Shown here one piece after another: positions 13,820 through 26,328 of a DNA stretch of 64,000 nucleotides (positions within the stretch are counted from its first letter, which is position 1; every line of letters starts with the position of its first letter). The stretch covers positions 64,914,001 to 64,978,000 of the forward strand of contig OZ336885.1 in assembly GCA_965287045.1 (NCBI GenBank). The letters run 5' to 3'. The position numbers were made by a program, and so were the translations under genes. The stretch comes from Carcharhinus amblyrhynchos. Its lineage: Eukaryota. A model generated the notes under the pieces. The model ran no database searches, was not told where the DNA came from, and saw nothing but the letters and a program-made list of their open reading frames with translations.

Positions 13820-14125
13820 ATGACATAAAGAATTATGAAATTAGATTTCAGAACGAGACCATGCACAGTTAAATCTCAGTGTCCCTATCGCCGCGTGAAC
13901 TTATCATGATAATTATTCTGACACTAACAGACACAATTCCATGGCCAATTCCCTCACCCGCACATCTTTGGAGAGTTGGAAACAACGGGAGTTCCGAAAC
14001 AAAAAAAAACACACAGTCACGCGAACAATGTGTAAACTTCACGCAGATATTCACCCGAGGCCGGAATCGAATATGGGACTCTGGTGCTTTGAGATATCAG
14101 TACTAATAACGTTGCCCCTTGCCAC
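13820..14125 (-). mobile_element. HE1-like V-SINE
   Basis: Reverse complement of the V-domain (cacagtcacgcgaacaatgtgtaaacttcac) and tRNA head (ggaatcgaa...). Confidence 0.75.
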
Positions 14126-15094
14126 AGGCGGCACAGTGGTTAGCAATTTCATTTGATATGGCAGGAGCCATTTTTGCCATGAAACAGGCTATAACACTTC
14201 TAGGGAAAATAAATAATTGAGTTTAAATCTTCCTTACCTGCAGCACTCTTTTTCAGGTCTAGGTGATCGAGGACAACATTGATAACCATTTTGTTCAATC
14301 CATTTTCCCAAAAGTCAAAATTACCCAAACGGTAGAAAAAAGAATTTGCAAAACTTAATTTTGACCATTGATTGGAAAGCTGCTAAAATGCAATGAATTA
14401 ACATCAGAAAATTTTGTGTGGTAAAGATACTTACATCAGTCCGCTAATGTTCGACTTATAAGAAATTACTTTGACATTTGACTTTGGTGGACGTAAATTA
14501 ATTTGGGTGTGGATAATAAATATTCAATACATGTATTAATTACTACTAAAGTTATCACAAAGGGTAAATATTCAGAATCATCTTTGTGAATTGTAATGCA
14601 TTCGATTTCGATCCACGTAAGTAATTAACGGGGAAGATCACCAGAAGATACACTAAGACATAATTTCCAATCTGTAGCCTGTGGAAGATGGAAGTAAGGA
14701 ATGTGATAAATAGAGATGGAAAGATAATTGTTGTGCATGACTTGTTCAAACATTTGAGCAAAGTGGTCGTTTTTTTAATAAAAGCTGGTCACATTCGTGA
14801 AAAGAGATGTCGAGGAATCAGCACTCATATGTGAACAAGCTTTTGATAAATGAAGTAAAGTGTACAATTCTGAAAAATTAAACACCTCACTAACAAGCAT
14901 GATTATCTTGAAATATATAGTGTCCTTGGAAAACTTAAAGTGATGAAGCACTTGGAGCAAATTCTCGAAATTCCCAGGGATCCTGTGACGAATCGACAAG
15001 TATTGAAGTCAGTGCCACGAAAATCATATTTTGATTCTCAAAATTGTGTCCCAGTGATAACATCGAAACATAAATATCTGTAGGCCATCGGGTG

Positions 15095-15350
15095 TACCCT
15101 GCTGCGCTGCTGTTGATGTTGGTTGTTGTTGATCATCAAATCCAGCATCGCAGTCCTCCTTCCATCCATAACCATGAACACTTCAACCCCAAGAGCTGTA
15201 TCTAAATTCTTCTTGAAATCAGTCAGACGTTTGCCCTCAGATTCATTTTGTGGCAAAAGTTTGCACAACAATCAACCCGCTCTATGTGAAGATATTTGTT
15301 CTCAATTCTATTCTAAAAGGTATACCCATTATTCTCATGTGTGTCCCCTA
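15095..15350 (-). mobile_element. CR1 3' fragment
   Basis: ORF remnant LTDFKKNLDTAL and CR1 3' UTR on the minus strand. Confidence 0.75.
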
Positions 15351-15659
15351 GTACCGTGGATAATTGAGGATGTCAGGCAGGGTAACTAAGTATTTGGGGT
15401 CACAACAACTGAAATCCTGAAAATAGATTATTTTGTTTAAAAAAGGAAAAGTAGGAGAAACAAATGTAATGTGGCATAATCACAACATATTTGCAATAAC
15501 CTGTGAAGATAGGACAGCTCGCGCTTCGAGATCATATATAATTCTAAAACACCATTAGACAGATTTTCTACATATGCATCTGTTGGCAGATTATCATTTT
15601 AAGTACTTCTGAGATTTTGTAAATTGTTGAAGACTACAGCATTTTCTATTGGCAAATTG

Positions 15660-16225
15660 GGCCTTTCGAGGCCACACCTGGTTTATTGAGTGCAGTTTGT
15701 TGTTTTTCTATCTGAATAAGAACATCCCAAATGCAGAACACGCGATGGAGATGTGCAGGGCTGATCCCGTGGATGTGAGAACTGTCATATGAGTAGAGAA
15801 TAAACCGGTTCAGATTATATCCACTGGAGTTCAAAGGAGTGGGAGTGGAACTCATCGACATATTAAAAAAAAACTGCGCTGTATAGCGTAGATTCTGAAA
15901 GAAAAAAACATTGCCAATAGTAAGGACTCCGGAACTAGGGGACAAATATGCGAATAATCTGTATACCTTTAAAAATGAAAGTGAGAGGCAATTTCTTCAC
16001 ACAGAATGTGTTGTATGCTGTGCAAATCTTTGCCACAGAATACAGCTGAGGCCAAACGTCTGACTGATTTCAAGAAGAATTTAGATATCGCTGTTGGGGT
16101 TAACGGGTTCATGGGTTATGGGTGGAAAGAGGATCACGATGCTGGATGTGATGACCTCTCATAATCAAGTTCAATGGAAGCAAAGCTGATTGATCCAATG
16201 ACTTACTCCTGCTTCTATCTTTAGA
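15660..16225 (+). mobile_element. Old CR1 3' fragment (shared insertion with 20485 and 27130)
   Basis: Starts gaggccacacctgg...gtgcagttt (RPHLEYCVQF-like) and ends actcctgcttctatctttagatgtt. Confidence 0.8.
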
Positions 16226-16788
16226 TGTTAGTACCTGGGCAAAATTTTGAAATTCAAATTTTGATTTTCATGGCACCGAGTTCAATGTTTTTCGATCAAA
16301 GAAAAATGTGCATCGTCAATGGAACAGGTGAATTTCCAAAATTTGCTTTAAGTATATTTATCACTTTAACTTCGTCATGTACTCGATATATTTTAAGTTA
16401 GTCATGACTACCGGTGAGGTGTTCTTCAGAGTTGTACACATCACTTCGTTTTCCGACCGCTTATTCGCATGTGCCTGCTGATTCCTCCGCATGTCTTTTC
16501 ACGAATATGACCAGCTGTTGATAAAAAAAACGACTTCTTTTCTCAGGTGTTTTGAGCAACTCAGGCACAACAGTTAAATTTCCACCTCCATGTCTCTCAT
16601 TCTTTACTTGCTTCAGCGTACAGACATTCTGTCTCCTCAACAGGCTTAGCCAGCTTTGAACATTTTCCTCGATTGGTATCTTTATTACGTTAGAGTTGTA
16701 ACTGTCTTTCAAAGCTAAGTAGCATTTGAGTGAGGTTTTCCTTTTTAACCCCTGAATGTGAATAAACGCTATTTATCCTCCTGAACAA

Positions 16789-16879
16789 GTACGAAACCAA
16801 ATTGATTAAATCTGTACAATTGTTGCTCAATTGTCCAGATTTAATCAATTTGGTTTCGTACAATTGTTGCTCAATTGTC
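16789..16879. repeat. Perfect 26-bp inverted repeat with duplicated loop
   Basis: gtacgaaaccaaattgattaaatctg (16789-16814) and its reverse complement (16836-16861). The 22-mer gtacaattgttgctcaattgtc occurs at 16814-16835 and 16858-16879. Confidence 0.95.
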
Positions 16880-16897
16880 GGTTAATTCTCTGCATGT

Positions 16898-17712
16898 CAG
16901 ACCTCACTCGGATTACTATGCGCAGTTCTAGTCGCCTCACTACAAGAAGGATGTGCAAGTTATTGAGAGGGTGTGGAGGAGATTTACAAGGATCTGCCTG
17001 GATTGGGAGGCATGCCTTATGAAGATAGGTGAGGGAGCTAGGTCTCATCTCCCTGGAGAGACGAAGATTGAGAGGTGACCTGATAGAGGTTTATAAAATG
17101 TTGAGGTAGAGATAGGGTGGATTCTCGGAGGCAGTTTCCCAAGGCTGAAACGGTCGCTACAAGAGGACACAAGTTTAAGGTGCTGGGGAGCAGGTGCAGA
17201 GGAGGTACATAGAACATACAACATAGAACATAGAACACCACAGCACAAACAGGCCCTTCGGCCCACAAGTTGCGCCGATCATATCCATACCTACCAGGCC
17301 ATAGAACTATCTGTACCTCCTAATCCCGTTAAATTCCATGTACTCATCCAGAAGGATTTTAAAAGACCCCAGCAAGTTCGCCTCTACCACACCGAGGGCA
17401 GCCGAATTCACTCACTGACCACCCTCTGAGTGAAAAACTTACCCCTAACATCTCATCTGGACTTGCTTCCCTGATGCCAGGGGTACATTTTTTTTCACTC
17501 AGATGGTGGTGAGTGAGTGGAATCGGCTGCCGTCGTTGGTGATAGTGGCGAAGTCGCTGGGGTCGTTTAACAGACTTCTGGGTGAGTAGATGGGATTTAA
17601 TAGGATTGAGAGCGCTACATAGGCCTGATAGTTATGGATATTATCGGCTCATCTTGAGGGCCGAAGGGCCTGCTTGTGATGTAGTGTTCTGTGTTCTATG
17701 TTGTTCTATGTT
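16898..17712 (+). mobile_element. CR1 3' fragment containing an inverted CR1 3' end (17208-17460)
   Basis: Plus-strand RPH..YAQF / SLERRRLRGDL, then a minus-strand tail (catagaa)n at 17207-17237, then the plus strand resumes at ~17472 and ends gttctatgttgttctatg. Confidence 0.85.
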
Positions 17713-17714
17713 AT

Positions 17715-18215
17715 ACATACAGCAGACACAAATGCCATATATTGCATTTAATTTCCATCTGTAACTCCAGGTATTTGCAAAAACAAAATGTTTTCTGCCA
17801 AGTTTTTTTTTCCTCCGTGGATGACAACTCAATAACTGTTAACAAATCTGATAAATGTCTCATAATTCAGCTGATGTGAAGATGGTCAAATTCAGGATCA
17901 CCTTTGTGTGTCCGTTAGTTCTGATTTACAGCACCTGTCTCACCATTTCTCTAGCTTCCTTCCCTATAAAAATGCTGTTTCAGAAAATTCACATGTAACA
18001 ATCTGTGATGGCTCCCTCAAGATATGTGAATTGTCAAAAAAAAGTAAGTTGCTCACTTTTTTTTTGCGATCACAAAAGGCCCACCAAGTCTCGTTTTGTA
18101 AAGTTTCAACACCGAATTTTAAACGAACTAACACTTATTCCACAGGAGGAACATGCGTTTTTTGTTTGATTATGTAATCTGTTTATTTCTTACATCACGA
18201 TTCAACCTTTTTCTT
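17715..18215 (-). mobile_element. gag: Decayed Gypsy gag fragment (copy B)
   Basis: Homologous to 21740-22260 and 31600-32000 (shared tcctccgtggatgacaactc motif). The 31.9 kb copy translates to LPTL..EGVETFLFS (~LPRF..EVEAFFIS). Confidence 0.6.
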
Positions 18216-18220
18216 AAGTG

Positions 18221-19560
18221 AGGCGACGGACTGGTGGTATTATCGCTCAATTATTCATCCAGGAACCCAGATAATGTTCTGGGGACCTGGGTTCGAAATC
18301 CGCCACGGCAGATGGGGGAATTTGAATTCAATAAATCAATGCAGATTTTAGTATCTGGACTTAACTGATGACCTTGAAAACATTGTCGATTGACAAAAAA
18401 AAAATCTCATTCACCAATGTCTTTTGGGGAAGGAAATACGCCGCGCTTACATTGTCTGGTCTGCATCTGACGACAACGTCGCAGCAATGTGTGGTGAAAT
18501 GTCTCAGCTGCCACTAAGTTGGAACAATCGCGACAAAATCTCAAAAACGAAATAAATCCGGGCAGACCGCTTGGCATTGCCTTAGCTACCAGAAAGCCAA
18601 CAACAACTGCCCTGTTGACCCTTCAATGTCCTCCTTCCTAGCTAGTGTCACATTGCGAAAGCGATCTCACAGACGAGTCAAGCATCAGCCTGACATCTTC
18701 CTTGTCATGAAATCACACCTCACAGATAACACCACAACATCACCATGACCATTCCTGAGTGTATCCTGTCCCACCAGCAGGGCAAAACCAGCAGAGGTGG
18801 CGACACAGTGTTGTACAGAGGCGAGGCTGTTGCACAGTGGGAAGTTCTGAATATTGGCTCCGGATCTTAGAAAGTCTCATGGCTTCAGGTTAGACATGGA
18901 CAAGGGAACCTCTTGTTGATTACCATGTAGGGTCCTGGTTTTATGATGAACCAGCATTTCTCTATGTTTGACAACACTTGCAGGAAGCATCGAGGGAGGC
19001 AGGAGCTTACGTTCTACTCTGGAACAAATGATTCAGTGTACAGTGCCAAGTGTAGCCCGGGAGCAGCACTACTGATGGACCTGGTGGGGTCCTAAACGAC
19101 ATAACTGCTGGACTGGGATTGCAGAGGGTGGTGAAGGAACCAACAAGATGAAATAACATATCTAACATCATCCTGACCAGTTTGAAGGTTGCATATGCCT
19201 CTGTCCATGATAGTTTCGGTCAGGGTTATTACAGCGCAGTCCATGTGGAGACGAAGTCCCGCGTTCACATTGAGAATGACGTCCATCAGGTTGCCGAATG
19301 GAACAATATTAGAATTGTTCAAGGAACTCAGGAGACAAGGTGGGTCATCAACAGCAGCAGAATTATATCTCATCTCAATCTGCAACTCAGGGGCCGTCAT
19401 ATCCCCATTAGTACCAAGCCAACAGATCAATCCTGGGTCAATGGAGAGTGCAGGATTTCATGCCAGGAGCGGCAAGAGGCATATTTTAATATCAGGTGTC
19501 AACCTGGTGACGCTACGAAGCAGGACGACTTGCATTCCGAATAGCAAAACAGCGCATGGC
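18221..19560 (+). mobile_element. Non-LTR retrotransposon 5' part: tRNA/SINE-like head followed by decayed APE endonuclease
   Basis: Head has box A-like tggtggtattatcg and box B-like ggttcgaaatcc. Downstream APE-like remnants: QPDI..V.KSHL, QGKTSRGGDTV, and EPTR..NISNIILT. Confidence 0.7.
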
Positions 19561-22300
19561 TCCAACAATGTAGACTTCTGCATTTTGTGTTTGATGTACA
19601 CCTCATTATATAAATCAAAACTCACTCTCAAAGCATGCCTCGAATTAGCAATAAGCAGCTAAAAAAAGAGGCATTGGAGGGCTGATGGTACCACTGCTTA
19701 ATGAATCTTTGAATATTGTTCCCAGAAAGGTTAGGCATACAAAACAATGAGATATAATCTATATGCGCATTGGATAGGCGCCCGTAAGTCTCGTTTTAAG
19801 TGGTCATTTTTAGTATCTTAAGTAAGATAAGTTTTGTTGTTAATTTGAAGTAATTTTTTTTTCATATTTCTTAATCTTATCTGTAACCTTAAACCTTGCA
19901 ATTTCGAGACTCTCTCGTGTTCTATTGATCCCTCGAATGATGCCTACGGGATCTCAAGCATCGGAAAATTTCACCCATCAAGTTCTTGTCGGAGATAAGG
20001 AACCAGACAAATAAGAAATATAGCTTTAACGGTCGATGTGGTGGATGTTAGCCAATTGACTTGAACATACGACATGGGAGATGAAGGTTGCAACAGTTGC
20101 AGGGATACTATAGTCAACACGGAACATCTCCAAAAGTTCCATCAAAGCATAATTTCCATTCTTCAATTTGGCAAGGTGGAGACGAAGATTTCGGCATGCC
20201 TTGGGGTGTACCTCAATGTTTTGGGTCTCAGCAAATGAAAACTGGAAATTGAAACAAACAATCAAAAAAAGAGTGTGGGGAAACATAGCAATGTGGGGTA
20301 AAAAATAACATCTCTTCCGCAGGGATCTGGGGTGACAGTTCATGTGTCGGCATCATATCTGTTCTAGAAAAGCGTAAAACAAAAAATCTACACAGAAGGA
20401 TGTTGGCACAGTAACATGTTTTAGATATTCTTGAGATGGTGTGATAGTTGGATACTACAAAAGATTTTCAGGGACAATATGGGTCATTAGAGGCAACCCT
20501 TGGTGTTTTACGTGTAGTATTTGAGTCCTTCTCTGCAGAGGATGTTTTTGCATTAGATGATGGACCGCGTCGATTCCTGGAATGACAGGGCTGCCATATG
20601 AGGAGAGTATAATTTGGCTTGGATTAATTCGTTGGCATTTAGAAGAATGAGAGAGGATTTGATCGAAACTTATGACACCCTTACACTGTTATACATTCAG
20701 CAAAGGTATTGCCAATAGTGGTGACTCCAGGAATAAAGGTGATAAATGAGGGAAAATGTGTACTTTATCTCAGTGGGGTGAGGAGAAATCTCTTCACCCA
20801 AATGACGGTGAATGTTCTGCAAGTCATTGCCAGAAAATGTATAAGATACCAAAACTTTGCTTTCAAGAAGAAATCAGTTTTCGCTCTTTGCGCTGAAGTT
20901 ATCAAGGCTTATGGCTGGACGACGTAACGGGATGGTTGACTGAATGATCACACTCATTCAAGATGAATGCCTGAGCATCTCGAAGAACCCCCCAACAAAG
21001 TCGATGCTTCCAGTTTCTATGTTTCGAAGTTACGACGAGGGCAACATTTTGAAAATCAAATTTTCATCATCGCAGCGCGAGTTCAATATTTTTTCTATCC
21101 AAAAATTGTTCTTGTTCATAGCAGCCCTGGGAAATTCGAGAATCGGCTTGAAGTGCATTTATCTCCCTAAATTTGTCCTATGCAGTATATATTTCAACAC
21201 TTATCGAAACGTGCGATTAATGTACTGAATATTATTCTGTGATACAATGACACAGGGCAAAGTGTATTGCCCAATTGTTAGTAATGCTTTGATTGCCAGT
21301 GAGGTGTTCTTCAGAATCGTAAACGTCACTTGCTATGTCAACCGCTTATTCACATTGCACTGTTGTTTCCTTCATATTTTCTTCACGAATATGACGAGTT
21401 GTTGACGGCAAATCGGTATCTTTGCTCTGCTCAGATACAGGTTCTGTAGCAGTTACCTCTTCATCCCAACTCCTCTCTTTCCTTTCATCATTGTACGGAA
21501 GCCGTTCCTCCTTTTCAGCCGTCACGAGCAATAATCGCACTTACTTTTCTCGATTCATCTCTGCATTGTCACAGTTTTTTTTAATCTATCTACCAGTGCC
21601 AGGATGTGTTTGATTGAACATTTCGGCTGCGGCCCCAGAGACAGAGGGAACAGACTTTTATTTGTTGCTTTCTTTTTAACCGTTGCCAAAGTAAATTGAT
21701 TACGCCTGTCCAATTTTTGAAGGATTGTCTGAATGTGTATCAGCCGCATGTGCCATATTTTCCAGTTAATTCTGCGATATAACTCCAGATGATTGCAAAA
21801 GAAAAGAAAAATAAATTCAGGCCACGTTGTCTTTTCCTGTGGATGGCAACTCACTAATGTTGCATAACTTCGGATAACTTTCTGGTAATTCGATCTAATA
21901 TGAAAAGCATCAACTTCCGCATTTTCTTTTTTTGTCGTTTTTTACTTCTGAATTGCAACAATTATCACGTTATTTCTACTTCCCTTCCCAATCAAAATAT
22001 TGTTTCATCATTTTGGCTTGAACCAAGAGTGCTCTTCGAAGACAGGCTGATTATCAAATAATGTTCCTTGCTCATCTTTTTTTTATTTGATTCCATACTA
22101 CAGATAATCATCATAACGCACCTCAATTAAGGCACTAAAACCGGCCACTTAGCTAAGCCTACGTTCACCTATTGTCTTGTTTGGTAAACGTTCAACGGCG
22201 AATTTTAATCAAACTATTACTTTCTCCACACGAGGAAACCTAAGAATTTCTGAATTTGTGTCCGCTTATTTATTTCATTATTTTTAAATACCATCTCGGC
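19560..22300 (-). mobile_element. Decayed Gypsy gag -> PR -> IN N-terminus, copy C (interrupted by CR1 20485-21022)
   Basis: KIH*AVVP (~EVHQVVLP) at ~19700. 19680-19990 is homologous to 23075-23400, and 21030-22260 to 16230-16890/17715-18215. Confidence 0.6.
20485..21022 (+). mobile_element. Old CR1 3' fragment (shared insertion)
   Basis: gcatttagaagaatgagagaggatttgatcgaaac (~FRRMRGDLIE) and aggagaaatctcttcaccca (RRNLFTQ). Confidence 0.8.
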
Positions 22301-22439
22301 AACACAGCCATTCCAGGCTGTCCCCCGTTAAAGTTTGACACTTCGTCTATTAATGCAGTGTCTGAACGCTAACTCAGCAAAATCGGCTTAATCAAATTAA
22401 GTAGTTCTTATACGTCATGAGGAAACAATTATTCAACTG

Positions 22440-23500
22440 AAAAAAAAATGTGTAGATTCATTTGGCGCATTCGTCCTTGCAAGGCTTGGGGATAATCTTG
22501 ACTATATGCCCTCAACATGCATTTTAAATTGCATGCCACTGTTTCAAACGCATTCGATAATTGTGGATGGTACGCAGTTATTTTAAATCGTTTCAAATCT
22601 AAGCACTCGAACAATTTCTTGTGCAACATCGATGTATGAATGAGCCTTGAGCTAACTGTATTTCTTTCGGTAGTCGATCTCTCGTCGAATAAAAATACGC
22701 AATTGTTGTCCAGTCCGATTTGCTGCGAAATGTTATCGATTGGAATAATCTCTGGAAATGCAATGTACACAACCAATTTGTCACCAGGTAATGATTTCCA
22801 ATCTTCATTACAGGCAGGCATCCCAACCAATCCATGAATATCTGTTGCAATGTTTACACAAATCAGGTATCACGGACAGAGGAGGTTCCAAAATTGCAAC
22901 AAAGTAAACAACAAAAAAACTGTCATCATTTTCTCAATCATTGTCTTAATAACTATGATCATGTGGATTTGTGCATATAGTGTTTGACGCAAAACATATT
23001 ATGCATACGGAAGTCACATTCCTGGCATGTTTCCAATCAAATCGAAGCAGCTGAAACAGAAAATATGGATTTTCGATTGTGGCAATGCTGCATGAATCTT
23101 TGAATATCACTTCCGAAGAGGTTGAAGATATAAAAGGACGTAATACAATCCATGTGCATATTGTAACAGGAGAAAGTTAGTTTTGCTGAGTGGTCGGTGT
23201 TAGTGTCTTAATTGTTACCAGATAAGGTGTGTTCTTTTAATAGTTTGAAGTAAATGTGTTTTTCAGTGTTTCTTAATCCTATCCGTAGATTGAGAACTGA
23301 GACTTTTGGAGGCTCTCTAGTGTTCTGTTGATCCTCAGAGTGATGCTTACGGGATCTTAAACATTTGCCACTGTGACTCAGGATGTTAAGGTCTGAGAGA
23401 AGGAATCAGGCGAAGTCCAGTGCAAAATATGTCATTTATGGCGGATCCGAAGGATGACAGTCAATGGATGTCACACTGATTTTTGGATGTCGTGACATTT
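22440..23500 (-). mobile_element. pol: Decayed Gypsy integrase core and N-terminus, copy D
   Basis: Clearest integrase remnant in the window: MDWLGCLPVMKIGNHYLVT (~IDCVGPLPKTKSGNQYLLT), FPEIIPI, RLPKEIQLAQGS (~GLPKEIQSDQGS), TAYHPQLSNAFE..LKCMLRAYSQDYPQ. Confidence 0.85.
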
Positions 23501-23528
23501 CTACCGGTAAACTGGCTGTGGAGTTTGA

Positions 23529-23643
23529 AATGGATATGCCGGAGTTGGACTGGGGTAAACACAGCAAAAAGTCTGACAACACCAGGTTTAAGTCCAATAA
23601 GTCGGTTGGACTTAAACCTGGTGTTGTCAGACTTTTTACTGTG
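23529..23643. mobile_element. Mini Penelope-end insertion forming a 38-bp hairpin
   Basis: Arms 23560-23597 and 23606-23643 (1 mismatch, 8-nt loop), matching the Penelope terminus ttggacttaaacctggtgttgtcagac. Direct repeat ctgtggagtttga at 23516-23528 and 23639-23651. Confidence 0.85.
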
Positions 23644-24753
23644 GAGTTTGAGACAATCACGGCCTATTGAAGGCAAAAAGTTTGAAACAATCACAGGCTA
23701 TTGAAGCACGATGACTTCGCAGCAGATGTGCTCACGACTATGCACCACTCGTGAGGATCTACTTTCTCAACCTGCGTCGAGAAATTGTCAGAACTGCCTT
23801 AAGCCTAGAATGTTCTGTTTTAACGTGGCTGGAAAATGACTTTAAGGCGGCTGATTTACGCTGGTCAGAAAAAAAAAACAAAATATATGCTCAACCTGAG
23901 AACTTGGAATATATGAACCATCAGTGATGCTATTTAATATCTTACCGAGTATTACATGGATATTCATTTGCATAGAAAGCAAACTTTTTCTTAAAAGTGC
24001 CAATGAAGTTATTATGTGTTCTGTGTGTTAATTAAAATGCTCTGTTACCCGAGCACAATGATGGACAACACGTGAGTTTACTTGATCAGTATGAGGAGCA
24101 TTTATGTAAAATTCTAGCCAATATTCTGCCCAGATTTCTTCAATGTATTAATGTTGCCCATTAATTTCTATTATCACCCTAGATAATTTCGTGCTGTGTT
24201 ATCCCTGACAAGAATAATTGTTCGCCAACTTAGGAAGCTGTCCGCGTGAATCTCGACTGTCAACACATGTTGTTCTGCAGCAGCTTAGGACTCCCTGGCC
24301 CGCGTTCTATCAAACTGTGCTAGCACATTTTGTGTTCTCTTGCTTAATGATGAATATGTTTCTGTCGCTCTGTCCTTAACAGACTTTTGAGCTGACCCAA
24401 TGAGTTTTTCATCTATGTCCTTCAGTTTGCACGTCAATTTGTGAATTTGCCTGTCAATGTACGAATCTTGCTGCTGTCTGTTGTAGTTCTCTATGATTAT
24501 AAATATGTTTTTCAGATCACTGTATACAATTCAATACATTTGCATTCTCCAATTGATGTAAATATATTATGTACAGGCCTCCATTCAGTTTTGTTCCACT
24601 CATGTATTAAGTCAACATTCTGCCAAAATCATAACGATATTGGTATTAATGCAATAAAAACAAAACACATTGTCAATAGTTGTGTGCAGAACAAATATCA
24701 TGTCATTCTTTATGATGGGAGAACGTTCCACCGTTCTGTCGCCCCGATTTCAT

Positions 24754-24776
24754 ATAATAATAATAATAATAATAAC

Positions 24777-24828
<52 letters not shown>
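24754..24828. repeat. (AAT)n microsatellite
   Basis: About 25 AAT units with one AAC interruption. Confidence 0.98.
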
Positions 24829-26049
24829 GTACATTTTAGAATTTCCTTACCACTTTGGCACTTCGTCAGTTCTGTGAGGAAGAAGAGAATTAAGGAGAAC
24901 ATTTTGAAGATATTACATTTCTAAGCGAATCAAACTGAATCCATTGACGTAAAATCTTAGTCCTCGACTGAAGTTTGAAGAAGGAAGGAAAAGCTAAATG
25001 GCAGGGCTCAAGCGGCATGGTTCATAACAGTTTTTTTTTATATCCAGCACAATGCGTTTGCAACAAATTGATAAGGGATTGTTTATTAACACGTCACAAG
25101 GTGTTGTTCCCCGTTCAATCTTACGTCATAGCGTCATTAGTGCTATCATGATATGATCAACACAGTTTCAACAGGGATAAAATGACCGATGTCAGTATAA
25201 CATTTCAGATTTTCTGGCATTTACATCACCCTGGTGAATTGCATTTCAATCACTTATTAAGTATGCTGTGTTGCATCTGAGAGGCAGTGTAATCTTTCAT
25301 TTCCATCGGGAACACCATGTATGCGAGAGTGTTGAATCAAGAGCAGCACAATTAATCGTGCATTATAAATAATCAGAAGTGACAACATCAGTTCAGAGAT
25401 AAACTCTAATTCGAGGGAACTGCAGAATGTCGACTCTCTGAAAGGAAGACAAGCAATCAGAATTTCCAGATTGTGATTTCAGTGTGTAACGTGGTCTCCT
25501 CGTTAAGCTGCGGCATATTAATTCCTCTGCAATTGATCTGTGCTGAGAACATTTAAGGACGTGTTTGAAGAAAATAAATGAAGAATGTTTACTCTTTTTC
25601 CAATTACAGTCCATCCACTCCGAGGTGAAAGTTTTGTTTTAAGTATCCATTCGTCAGTTCCACAATTCTTTGTTATTTACACCTTTTAAACTTTTGTATT
25701 GATGCATTTGCGAATTGGTCAGTTTGAAAAAGCTGCCGCAGTTTCTGTGTAATTATTTTTGTCAGCTTTTTTTTTACCCCAACATTGGAAGTTTGAGATT
25801 TTTTTTTAAGAGCGGGTAGTGGGTGCCTGGATTCGCAGTCCGATCATAGAATATGATGGGAATAGAGCTACATCGTTCCTGGAAGGGTAAATGGTTTTAG
25901 ATCTGTCGGGTGGCAAAGTAGTTGCAGGCCTGGAAGGGCCGGATAGCCTTATCCTCTGCCTTAATTGGCTTTATTCTCTGGTCTTTGTAGGAATAACTGA
26001 TTGGCAACTTAATTCTGCTGTATAGTTAGAGACTTCCAACTTTATGGCA

Positions 26050-26328
26050 TGTAGTATCATGGAATTAGTACAAGGCCATGCACAGATAAATCTAGGTATC
26101 GCCGTAGCCCCAAGGATTTGCCATGTCAATTCCTCTGACACTAAGGGACAAAATACTATTGCCAATCTACCTCACCGAACATTGAGTACAAACCGGAGCA
26201 CCGGGAGAAATTCCACACGGTCACTGGAAGAGTGTATAACTTCACACAGGCCTTCACCGGAAGTCAGAAACGAATGTGTGTCCCTTGTGCAGTGAGGAAG
26301 CAGTTCTACCAGCTGTGCCACCTTGCCA
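26050..26328 (-). mobile_element. HE1-like V-SINE (paralog of 13820-14125)
   Basis: aaaccggagcaccggg..ccacacggtcac..aacttcacaca and head ccagctgtgccacc. Confidence 0.8.

Larger units (their letters stand above)
14130..16890 (-). mobile_element. Decayed Gypsy gag-3'/protease/linker, copy B (contains CR1 pieces at 15095-15350 and 15660-16225)
   Basis: Homologous to 26330-27125 (DIKFIL ~ GIQFILGND; shared PPKS.V.V.S) and to 21030-21600. Confidence 0.55.

Noticed and set aside
21346-21540. Charged-residue ORFs (also 16461-16712 and 30325-30549) as novel small proteins
   Set aside because: They sit at gag/linker positions of the decayed elements, and the 16.5 kb and 21.4 kb paralogs do not keep the same frame throughout.
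22429-22850. Domesticated integrase gene (GIN1/NYNRIN-like)
   Set aside because: Motifs are split across two frames and the second catalytic Asp motif is lost (QLAQGS for QSDQGS).
24441-24924. Poly-Asn / poly-Ile ORFs
   Set aside because: Translation artefacts of the (AAT)n microsatellite.
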